DNA of 64,000 bases from contig OZ193909.1 in the NCBI GenBank assembly GCA_964276515.1, positions 10,602,001 through 10,666,000 on the forward strand. The letters are read 5' to 3'. This document shows, in pieces, positions 26,101-37,339 of this stretch (the stretch's first letter is position 1; each line of letters starts with the position of its first letter). A model generated the notes under the pieces. It had not been told where the DNA came from and made no database searches. It saw nothing but the letters and a program-made list of their open reading frames with translations. This stretch comes from Gordius albopunctatus. Taxonomy: Eukaryota. A program made the position numbers and the translations under genes.

Positions 26101-27125
26101 AGGCGATTTACACCTTGAAAGGCCAACTTTCCGACATTAAAGATTTTTTTATCATACCTAATTTAAGTTCCGGGCCTGAGAAAAACAATAATTATTATTT
26201 TACCGTAGTTGCATGTGGTTCTAAATCGCATTTTATAGTCCAACAAATAATACTGACGTGCAAAGATGATGCTTTAACTATTTCAAATTATGAAATAATG
26301 GATAAAAAATTAAGTAGCCTGATTAATATTGAAACCTTGAGACTTACTACCTTGGATTACCATACTAGCTTACACCAAAATTCGTATTATTTAAATGTAT
26401 ACATTGGTACCTCGAACGGATATATTATTTATATGCGACTCAATAATGGTTGTAAAGATATATCCCATATTCAAACGCTCAAAGCTCATGATTATTTAAT
26501 TTCTAGGATTAAATGCATCTCCTTAGGTGCAAAAAGTATTTTATTATCGACCGGAAATATTGGGGATTTTAAGCTTTGGACACTGTCAAACTTGGAATTA
26601 ATCAATCGGTTTGACTATACACAAGAGCTTAATAATATAACGCTATGCAAATCCTTTTTGTTGCATTCTTACACCATAGATTCCATAGCATATTGTATGG
26701 TGCCTAATAATTTTTGTACACACTTGGTAGTTGCAACTGCTGGCGAAGATACGAATATCACAGTGTCACATTTCTTCTTAAATAAGGAATTGACGATCGT
26801 AAAGCAGCACAATTGTACAATACCAAACGCTCATTTCAGCAAAATTACAGGACTTCACCTAGTAGGTAAAAGTGGAGGACTTTCTGAGGGAAATACTCTA
26901 CATAACTTATATCTATTGTCTATATCATACGACAAAAAGCTCAAGCTTTGGAAAATTTCGGATTTTTACAATGAACATTCTAATTCTAATCCATATTCAC
27001 TTTTGAGAACAATTAATTATCCCATAAACAAGATTTCGGGATTTGATTTTAATACACAGCTGAAAAACTTGATTGTTATCTTTGGTGAAGGACTGCTTAT
27101 TACTGAGATATGTAATATAATGTAA
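20101..27125 (+). CDS. WDR6: WD repeat protein 6 (Trm734 homolog; tRNA 2'-O-methylation cofactor), 2 exons, ~1036 aa
   Basis: Exon 1 20101-20883 (YGHESQIRKI, SAGEDG, donor aag|gt); exon 2 24798-27125 (ttag|att, same phase). Contains CGDRRG, GKDG, the family-typical CGGSHRSWD, AHFSKITG and SISYDKKLKLW. Start codon choice is uncertain. Confidence 0.88.
21321..22789. mobile_element. hAT-type MITE in the WDR6 intron
   Basis: TIR catgggcgtagc / gctacgcccatg; perfect 8-bp TSD agcgccaa (21313-21320, 22790-22797). Confidence 0.9.
21704..22195. mobile_element. Nested MITE with internal inverted repeat
   Basis: Starts tagtgatg. aacctgaggttgatcccgaaaatcaacctgaaaaac (~21772) is inverted at ~22118-22152. 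Confidence 0.6.
23238..24233. mobile_element. Non-autonomous hAT (TAGAG-type TIR)
   Basis: tagagacctgca / tgcaggtctcta; GC-rich cggg/cccg subterminal motifs; degenerate TSD (5/8). Confidence 0.8.
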
Positions 27126-28143
27126 AATTCTTTAAATATAAAGATGACTTTCTCGATATTTGTAATCTTTGGCAACTGCTTTGCACTGAGATATGTAAAA
27201 TTATGTAAATATAAAGATGAATTTTTCGATATTAACACGGTTTAATCAAGCCTGAACGTTTCTTTGGATATTTGTTTGGGACACGATCCCGATTTTAAAT
27301 ACTCTTATAACTGAATTCAATGGCTCTTTATTAAAATTGACATTCTAAAATTTTGCAAGATTTTTGAGACCTTTCTAGTGATTGATGCTCTATAAACAAA
27401 TAATGAATTTAGATTGTTTTTCTTCTCTTAAACTAAACGAGCTTGCATATATGCTTGCCTGACCTATCTTAATATGGCGTAATTCTGCTCATGGGTAGTA
27501 AATTTAGAAAAAGCTCTAGGCGTGTTAAAAAAGATTGTTTTAATTTAAATATATCTCAGATATTCACTTCCAGTTTTTAAAACCTATTGTTAATAATTTT
27601 AAACTGTTAGATGCTAGTTTATATATTGTGACAGTACTCTACTCTGACATAAATCTTTAATATGGATAGTTATTTCCTAAAGGTTTAAATGTACTAAATC
27701 AATGATTCAATAATTAAAAAAAATTAGAATTTCTTAAAAATCAGTTCCGTTTAAATTTTATAAGTTTTTTTTGTTTGAGACTTTACACAATGTGTTGGTC
27801 ACAATCCCCCATTTAAGACTCCACGGTAATTTTGAGCCTTATCCCACTCTTAATAACGCTAAATTTGCCGGTTTTTTATAAGTGGTTTGAATATGATCAA
27901 CTTAAAATATTATTACCGTTAAATCTAGCCTATCCATGATGACTTTAGAAAATCATCTTTGTGAGCCTTAGAGTTATGTTAAATTTGTTTTACAAAATGA
28001 ACCACTCAATACTGCAATGTGCTTTTTTTCGTTTATGTGACCTAGAAAAATCGTCTAAAATTTGATATTTTTTATTTATACTAAGTATGTGGGCAATAGA
28101 ACCCAGAGAATACCCATTATAAAATAAAGCATTAATGCATAAT

Positions 28144-30146
28144 TTATGTCGTATTGATTGTTTGAATGTTTGGGAAGGAAACTAAAACTTTATCCACGCT
28201 CTTATTAACCATATATATATAATAATGTTGTTGAGAAGAGAGAGATTTTATGGGATCTATACTTTGTAGAAAGTAACATGCTTTGTTTTGTAACCCTTTT
28301 CCTGGCCTTTTATAATAATACCAAATGAAAATTTGCAACGGTTTTTCGTGTCCTGGATCAAGAATAATAAATTGCAACCTATTCACGTCCGCAGGAATGA
28401 TATTCTATTAATAAAGATATGCCACTTTAAACATTTATTATAAAATATTCATTTTTAATTATAATAAAACTAGAGATAGTAATTTTGAATTAAAAGCACG
28501 AAGAGTTACTAAAGATAATCCAACGGATATATAAGCGATTAGGTTGATTTTTTAGAATTTAACTTTGCTTGCATGGGTTGCATTAATACAAAAAGTTACA
28601 ATTATATATCACCTAAACTTTGACGCGATAGCTTTTAAAACATCATCTGTTTTGTTAAATAGCAAACTTAAGCATTTGATATAAAATATATAATTATATT
28701 TGTGATATTATGCCAATAAGAAATAAATCAAATATCGAAAATCGCTATTTAAAAAAACAACAACGTTTTTCGTTGTTAATTTCAATATAAAATAATATTA
28801 TTAATATTCTATTAGTTTGCTCGTTTAGCTTATTAACGTGGCTAATTTATTTGTATCGCTCAGCTTAATTTCTATGTAACTGTTCATTTTATATTTGTGT
28901 TATAATAATTTACCCTCAACTTATAGTTAATTTGTACAATTTTTAATTTTAGTAGACTTGAACATATACTACTAATAAAAGATGGTCAAATTTTTGTAAA
29001 CCTAGAGTGTACCCAATTTAAAGGCTGTTTTGAAAGTAATGTCAAATTTTCAGATTTAATATCCTTTGTTTTAAAATTTTATATATCTGATAACGATGAT
29101 AATAGTTTAATCGTAAACAATTGAAAATATGTATAGAATAAATCTTAGAAACTATAATCATTTCCAATAGCTGTTTGTCACACTAAAGGTGGTCAGCTTC
29201 CTTAAATATTTCGATGAGGGGAATGCTCGGCTATCCAGGCCTGACAGCCGTGGTGACCATGTGATTTTTAATCTTTTGAAATAAATGCCAGAGGCTGGAT
29301 TGAACCTGCGAGCTCTTGCTTCAAAGACTAAACCTCTACCCACTACGCCACCACGCCCCTTAAGTCTTAGAAATTAAATAATTATAATAATTAATTCGAA
29401 GCAAAAAATACGGAAAAGAAATAATAACCAAGTTATTTTTATATAAAAAGTTTTTAAGCCGGTATGCTTATAAAATTATGAACAAGCTACTTATCATTTA
29501 AAAATAAAAAGTGACTATATGAAAATATGATTACTTGGCAACGAATATATTTCTGCGAGCTGTTTGAATTGTATATATATGTTGAATAGTGGGTATTACT
29601 ATCAGTTTCTGAAACATTTATTTTAATTGCATCGAATGGAAACTGTGTTTTTAAGGAATTATGACTGGCGCGTAAGTAAATATCGAAGTCTTTATTTGAC
29701 TTGTTTTCCAAAAAAGTTAGAATTCCACTAATTTTTATTATATTGTTTCTAGGCTGATATTCCACTTTAGATTTTACTATAGAAAACTCTGATAAAAATA
29801 ACCCGCTATCATCGACTTGGTTGTTATCTTGAAATGTCCACTGCTTTACATCCCATAGCTTATCAAATGATAAAAATTTTAAATAATTTGTGTCGATAAC
29901 TTTATGATCAAAATCATTAACTTTATCGTCTGCTTTAAATAATAATTGGGCTCGTTTTTTGTCAACTTTTAAATTGTTTGCTTTAATTATGTTTGTGTCA
30001 GTGTCATTGGCAACATTACCATATATACTTTTTAGTCTTCTACTTCTTTTCGTTACTTCCGGTGATCTTATATTAGTTGAACAATCCGAAACTTTCAAAT
30101 TTGTCAAAACACACGATATGATTTTTTTATTAGCTTCAGATTGCAT
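28144..30146 (-). CDS. Uncharacterized protein; first exon 30146-29535, downstream exon structure uncertain (weak PP1-regulatory/CBM21-like resemblance)
   Basis: 204-codon ORF from ATG ending at a donor (CQ|gtaatc). An in-phase acceptor at 28404 (taatag|AAT) leads into ORF 28386-28144. Further small exon-like segments may extend toward 27300. Confidence 0.4.
29160..29359 (-). mobile_element. tRNA-derived SINE
   Basis: Minus strand ggggcgtggTGGCGTAGTGGgtagag...GGTTCAATCCagcc gives A and B boxes at tRNA spacing, followed by a non-tRNA body. Confidence 0.7.
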
Positions 30147-30569
30147 GATATTTTAAATGCCGTTAATTTGGTTTAAAATAAAAAAAGTCATCTAATCGTA
30201 TGAATGCTGTCATTAATGATGCCGCTTATCAAAATAGTGTTGTCATCAAACATAAATATAGGAAACGATTTTCTTATTTTTTACCTCATGAATACTCAAA
30301 CTATATATAATTTTTACCTCTAGAAATTCAAGTATAAGTTATATTAAGCCCATTCAAATTTTCTTTAAATAATGAATTTACATAATATATAGAATATCTT
30401 TTCAAACATCAAAGTCAGTGGTTTCTTAGATAGGCGGTGGCAATATAAAATTTTGTGAGACTATAAAGCCGGGTGGGGGAAAAATCGGCGTTAAAATTTA
30501 GGTTATTTTGTTAAGAATTAAGTTATTATATCAGCCTTAGAATCTAAATTATTAAATAAAATATCATGG

Positions 30570-31728
30570 TGAGAATATCGGTTACTCAATTTGGATTTAT
30601 AGCCTTTAAATCCACAATCGACGCTATCTTCGTAATAAGGCAAATGATGGATAAATAAGGGGAAAAGAGAAGAGACCTACACATGCTCTTTATCGACTTG
30701 GAGAAAGCTTATGACACTGTCCCTCGCGATTTAATATGATGGTGCTTGAGAAAACAAAATATCTCTGACGCATAAATAAGGCTTATGAATCAAATTCTTG
30801 CGTTAGAACGATAGTTGGACACTCTTAACTTTTTCGGGTTGAAATTGGATTAGGTATTTTTGTATTGATTTCTTTTATGTTTATACATGTGACTTCGTCT
30901 TCATACAAATAAAATTTATAATTTAAAAATAAAATATAATTATTGACACGATAACGAGAGACATTCAAAGGCCATCTCTTTGGTGTATGATATATGCCTA
31001 TTCTATAGTGCTATGCGCATAGACGAAGCCAAAAGTATTCAAAGAAGCCGAAAAAAGGTCACAGTGCTTATGGATTTTAACGATCAAAAAACGGTATATG
31101 GGGATGAACGTTAGAGGCACCCAATCGCTAGATGACCATATGAAGGACCCAAAAGTCTATAGGTTTACATAGCTCAGCGCTATGCTACATCAAGAGGGAG
31201 GTTGTGCGGAAGAAGTAAATGCACGGGTCTAAAAAGGATTGCTTAAACAGCGAAGTATGTCCAATGTAAAAGATGCCAATATGTTTGAAGTCCAAATTTT
31301 AAACATCGTAAGACCGGTGTTACTCTTTAGAAGTGTATCATGTGACCTAAGCGCCACGGGAAAAGGTTATTACAAGTCACGGAGTGGAGAATAATACGGT
31401 AGGCTTGGGATATACTAAGCTCAACTGTATTATAAATTACTGTCTAAAGGCAAAAATGGGTATTTAACCTATGGCGGACTTGATTAAAGAAAATTGGCTA
31501 ATGTGTTTAGACCATTTACTAAAAAAGGAGACAGCTATATAAATCAAAAAGTATTGGACATAGACGTGACAAGGAAGAAAAGAAGAGGACGACCTCTTGT
31601 TATCTGGAATTGAACAAAGTTATGAAAACTAAGTAGATAAATCGGGGCATGGCCCTTGCCTGATCAAGATAAAAGGAACTTATCAAAATCCAACGACTAT
31701 AGGACCAAATACACTATAAAGATAAAGA
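30570..31728 (+). mobile_element. Decayed RTE fragment (same family as 15952-17615)
   Basis: Nucleotide collinearity with 16440-17600 (atcgacttggagaaagcttatgacac; catcaagagggaggttg); many stops. Confidence 0.9.
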
Positions 31729-31805
31729 TTCATTTATGCAATATTTATACAATAATATAAAACTTAAATTAGTACTAAATATTAAATCATTTTTTAACGT
31801 TTTAA

Positions 31806-32180
31806 CCATTTTGTTTTCTCAGGCACCACCATATTAAATCGCGAGGAAATGTGTCACAAGCTTTGTCCAAGTCGATAGAAATCATATGTAGGTCTCTTCT
31901 ATTTTCACCATATTTATCCATAATTTGTCTTAGTGAGAAGATTGGGTCGATTGTGGATTTGCTAGCCACAAATCCGAATTGGTTATCCGATATTTCAACC
32001 TCGTTTTCAGCCTTGTTACTATGATCCTTTCCATAAGCTTCAAGAAGTGACATGTTAACGTGATATCTGTGTAATTGCCACAGTCCTGAGGGTCTCCTTT
32101 GCCTATAAATAAGGTTATAATCGTGCTTGCTCTCCATTGATAAGGAATTCGCTCTTCTACTAATATCTTGTTAAAAACGC
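31806..32180 (-). mobile_element. RTE fragment, inverted, same family
   Basis: ORF ending NQFGFVASKSTIDPIFSLRQ...PRDLIWWCLRKQN. Confidence 0.9.
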
Positions 32181-32624
32181 TTGTTCAGTTGAAGATAAAT
32201 ATGTAATACTTTAATAGTTCATTGATAAGTTTATATTTTTATTTGATGCGTTAAATTATTCATTAAAAACCTTCAAGAAAAATGTGTTCTATTAGGATCA
32301 ATTTCAGAATTATATAATCATTAAAATTCCGAGCTGAGCCTTAAATATTTTGTAAACGGGCCTGCCAGGCTCATGATTTTTTTATTTAAATTTTGGGGCC
32401 CGATTCAAATTATAAAATGAGATTAAAAGTTATATCATTATAAAGTCATTCTAGAATATTTGACCAAAAACTGTATATAGTCTATTTTTCCCTTCACCCA
32501 CTTTTTGTGAACACTCATTCAATACAACCATTCAAACGATTTTCTCTCATCTTATTACTCAAAAAATTTACACTGTAATTGTCTAGAAACATAACTTACA
32601 TTACATGATTTGTAAATAAAATTT

Positions 32625-32945
32625 CTAATCTAATATATAAAATTCTCATGTCACGGTGTTTGTTGTTAAACTCCTTCAAAACGGCTGGACCGATTTTTAT
32701 GAAAATTTCTGCGAATATTTTGTAGGTCTGAGAATAGGTGTTAAGATTATTCCAAATCTCTAGGTGATAAGACGGTCCAGTTTTTTTGTTTTATACGTTT
32801 TCACACTTAATATAATGTCAATCAAACGCAACCTCATGACGTAATGCGTATTTATTGTCTGCTTTGAAAATTTGAATATACAGTTCTTTAGTAAAAGTGT
32901 ATAAAAAATGCGTATTTATCGTCTACTTTGAAAATTTGAATTGGC
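32625..32945 (+). mobile_element. Helitron 5' end (family B)
   Basis: TC start tctaatatataaaattctc...aaacggctggaccgattttt; the segment recurs at 33997-34135. Confidence 0.7.
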
Positions 32946-33062
32946 AATAAATTAAAATTGTATAAATTTATTAAAGATCATTCCATAAGATTAAAGGTTT
33001 AACGGGTAAGTTTTAATTTACCTGAATTTTTAAAAGTAGACATTATCTAATATATAAAACAC

Positions 33063-33935
33063 TAGCTGTGCCCGGCCAAGCGTTGCTTTGGCTCAGTCCT
33101 TAAGTGGTTAAATAAGTATAACCTATTAATAAGACTTATCTAAAATGGGGTCATATATGAAATAATAATTCAAATAAATAAATAAATATCCATAATATTT
33201 ATTTAGAGCACGAATTTTATCTATTTTTAGTATATATATAATAAGACAAACCAAATGCGAATTCTGTTTTAGTCATCAAATCCGACTAAAATAAGATGTT
33301 TTTGAAAAAATTGCTGATCAATGCTGTTACTTTTCTAGTTAGCTGATTTATTTGAAATACAATTTTCTTTAATATAATAAAATAATTAATTGAAGGATGG
33401 ATAATTATTAAAAATATGCTTCTATGATCGACCACGTGATAATAATTTAAATATTATTTATTTAATTTAAATATTTTGTTAAACACCAATAATTTTAACC
33501 GTATACTGCAAAATTTTTATTATACTTTTAAATATTTAATTCGAGTGGTTTGTCTTATTATATATACACTAAAAATAGTGGATTCATAAAATCCATGACG
33601 TGATAAAATTCGTGCCCCATTTCAATATATAAAATGTATAAGTCTAATATTTATTTTTAATAATATTAAATTAATCCTATAAATAAATAATATATATTTC
33701 TACTTATATTCTAACTTTCCTGACGTCATTATTGTATATGATGCTATAAACAAAACTTGCCGGGAAATGTCCGATATTTTTAAAACTAAAAAAAATTTTA
33801 GGATTCTGAAAATGCTATTTTACCCCTGGCCACCTTGGGCATCTACGGTTAAATTTTCGCGCGAATCGGGCCGTTAGTTTCAGAATTTAGCCTTTACATA
33901 CACACATACATAGACTTTACTTTATATATATATAT
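33063..33935 (-). mobile_element. Non-autonomous Helitron (family A)
   Basis: On the minus strand, 5' tatatatataaag plus a short (tgta) tract, and 3' hairpin gccaaagcaacgcttggccgggcacag ending CTAG. Confidence 0.72.
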
Positions 33936-33996
33936 TTTATAGGATCTTTGCATTGTCATTGCGAATTTTAAAATTAGTCGTTTTGGTATGATTTAA

Positions 33997-34985
33997 CCGA
34001 AACGGCTGGACCGATTTTTATAAAAATTTTGCGAATATTTGGTAGGTTTGAGAATAGGTTTTAAACTTTATTCCAAATCTCTAAGTGATAAGACGGTCCA
34101 GTTTTTTTTATTATATACGTTTTGACACTTAATAAAATCAAGACAAGGTGGTTTCTTTTTTTTGAATGCACCGCGTGGAACTGGCAAAACATTTTTCATT
34201 TCGATAATTCTTGCCGAGATACGATCTAAAAATGGCATCGCATTGGCTGTCATCTGGCATTGCAGCAACTTTATTAGATGTAGGCAGAACAGCTCATTCT
34301 GCATTTAAGCTGCAATTAAATATCCAGAGTAACCCAGAGTCAGTGAGCAACATAAAAAAATCGTCCATGGCCACATTACTCAAATGGTGTAAAGTTATCA
34401 TCTGGGATAAATTTACTACGGCACATAAACATTCCCTTGAGGCATTGGACAGGACAATGAAGGGTATAAAAAACAATGACAAACTATTTGGCGGCACTCT
34501 GTTACTCCTTTCAGGTGATATCAGACAAACACTTCCCGTCATTCCACGTTCAACGTACGCTGATGAGATCAACGCTTGCTTAAAATCATCGTAACTGTGG
34601 CCTAATGCTGAAAAGTTAGAACTGAAATTAAACATGCGCATTCACATGCTTAAAGATCCATCCACTGAAACATTCTCAAAACAACTGTTAGATATTGGTG
34701 ATGGAAAAGTTGCTTTGTATGAAATACTGGATGCATAAAATTACCGTCGGATTTTTGCACAATCGTTGACTCGCAAAATGCTCTCATCGACCACATATTT
34801 CCAGATCTATACGCGCAGTACAAAAATCTTGCCTGGATGTCCGAAAGAGCAATATTGTCAGCAAAAAATGTGGATGTCAATAATTTAAATTGCAAGATAA
34901 AACAGTTGTTGCTAGGTGACTTGGTGTCATAAAAATCTGTCGATACAGTTTGCGATGCTAACGAAGCTGTAAATTATCCAATTGA
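33997..34985 (+). mobile_element. Internally deleted Helitron with Pif1 helicase pseudogene fragment
   Basis: Family B 5' sequence fused to FLNAPRGTGKTF (Walker A), SSGIAATLL..GRTAHSAFKL, IIWD and GD.RQTLPVIPR; frameshifted. Confidence 0.92.
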
Positions 34986-34998
34986 TAAATGCTACAAC

Positions 34999-36470
34999 TA
35001 GGGATGGATATTTTCTCGGGAAATTTGCTTAAGAGAAAATTCAGGGGAAAATACGGGAAATAATGGGGGAAAACGGGAAATAATGGGAATTAACGGGAAA
35101 AAACAAGAAATTAAGGGGAAATAACGAGCAAGACAGGTAAATTAGTATAAAAAAATGTCCATGAGTATGATTAAGATTAATAAATTTATTAGTTAAACAA
35201 TATAAAGAAGCAAATACAAGAAAATCATTAAATAGCCAATGATAATTTTTCATCTAATTTCTCTTGCTGAGTTTGGGTCATGCTATCAAAGTAACTAATA
35301 ATATTGGATGTTGATGGTTTTGGGTCACATGAAGCAGATGTTTGTTGTATAGGGCATTTTTCAAGCATTACCTCACAAATTAATGATTGTGGAGAGGGGG
35401 GCATTAAGAAAACTTCTTGACAATTCTTTTCCTTTATAAAATCTGGTCACTTAGCTATATGATTTGTCATTTTGGTTGAGTTTGGAAATGTATATTTTAA
35501 ATTGCAATAATTGCAAACAGCAATACAACCTTTCTTATTTGAAGATAAATGCTTAGAAAAATGTTTCCAAATGTCAGATGTTTTTCTTGGCATCTATTAG
35601 TCAAAAAAACTAACTATTAGTCAAAAAAATAAGTTTAATAATATTAAATTTTTACATTTATTGTTTTCAAAGGATTACAGATTATTTTTACCAGAATTGT
35701 GTGTAAATTCAGTTTAAATAAAATGTAGAAATTTTAATTTAGTTAGATATAACAAATACTTCTATATCAAAAAACTAAATACTAGCATAAAATAAATATC
35801 TATTTAAGATTACTTGATTTGAAGTTGGTAAAAATATTTTCACAGTTAATGGCAATAAAAATATAATAGATTTTGCTAAATATTTTAAATATTCAAGCAT
35901 ATGTAAATTTACCTGTTAATATAACTTAAAAGCTTATCTAGGATTATTGTAATAATTAATTTCAGTGTAGATTGCAAATTCTCTAATGTTAAATAACAAG
36001 TTGATATATTTTTTAAATATTACTTATACTTACTATTAAGTAGGTATATAATATTTTCAGATTTAGAGTAAAATGGCAATATAAAATTTAAATGATTTTG
36101 CTAAACATTGAATTAAATTTACAAGCATGGTAAATTTATCTTATATGGAAAGAATTTTACACTAGAGAACTAATTGTTAATGTAACTATAAGGGTATATT
36201 GTTTTAACTGATTACTGAGATAATTAACTTTAGTGTAGATTGCAAAATCTTTTAAGTTAACAACTACATGTTAATAGTATTTAAGCAAATTTTCACAAAT
36301 TATAAATTAGGAAATATTTAAAATTTTGGTTACCACGAGGTAAATATGAAATTAAAATAATATATAACTTAAATTAGATCATACATATTTGATTTAAAAA
36401 ATATATTTTTAGGGGAATTTTTCCGGGAAAATAAGGGAATTTTCCCCGGGAAAATTCCCACTCACAAGTA
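34999..36470 (-). mobile_element. hAT derivative with BED zinc-finger remnant
   Basis: tagggatg terminus and gggaaa subterminal repeats at both ends. Minus strand 35592-35440 reads MPRKTSDIWKHF...AVCNYCNLKY...MTNHIAK. Confidence 0.75.
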
Positions 36471-37339
36471 TCATCAAATATCTAGTTTATCACGTTTACA
36501 AAGAATCAGCTATAAAAATATATGCATTCAGTCTTATACATTATAATAGCAAAATAGTCAGACAATTCTAGTCTAACAAATCATACGGGGCGATCTCGAC
36601 GAGCCATATGCTCGGGGAAACGAAATTCTTTTTAAATATTTTATTTTTATATTTTAATGTATAAAAGCATGTAATTTTGACAATGAGTTTATATATAAAT
36701 TAATGTGAAATAAATGTAGGGCGTGGCAGAAGACAAAATTTTTTTAATTTTGAAGGACTTGTTTAAATGTTTCCAGCCATTAAAGACAGAAGATTAAAAC
36801 TAATAATTAACACAAGACTAGTTCTTCATTAGTACAAAGTATGGATCAAGCCTACAAAAGTTTTGTAACCTTACGTTTTAAAAACCACTTATTCAAAAAT
36901 TTTTCTCTATATTCCAATCAATATCACAATCAATATCGTCAAACATCTCCCATTTACTATCATTGGCTTATAAACAAGTTATTTAAGACAGATAGTGTAG
37001 TAGTAAATACATTTTACAAAACCTTAAAAACTAATCTGTTGAAAACCACTTATTCAAAAGAATTTCTAACTATTCCAAGTAAATCGATCTCATAGCCAAT
37101 ATCCTCAAACATCCCCTAATCCTTATGAAGGTTATTAAATTATTTACCTTTTATAGGTTAAATTATTGTAAATTAACACGACAAAACTTTAAATCTCTTC
37201 TTTTGAAAATCACTTAGTCAAAACAATTTAGATAATTAAATCAATCCCACGGCCAATATCCTTAAACATTCTCTACTTCTGTTGAAGGTCTTACATCATT
37301 TTATAAATAACCTTTGAATCCTGTCTAGAACTCTGTCAT

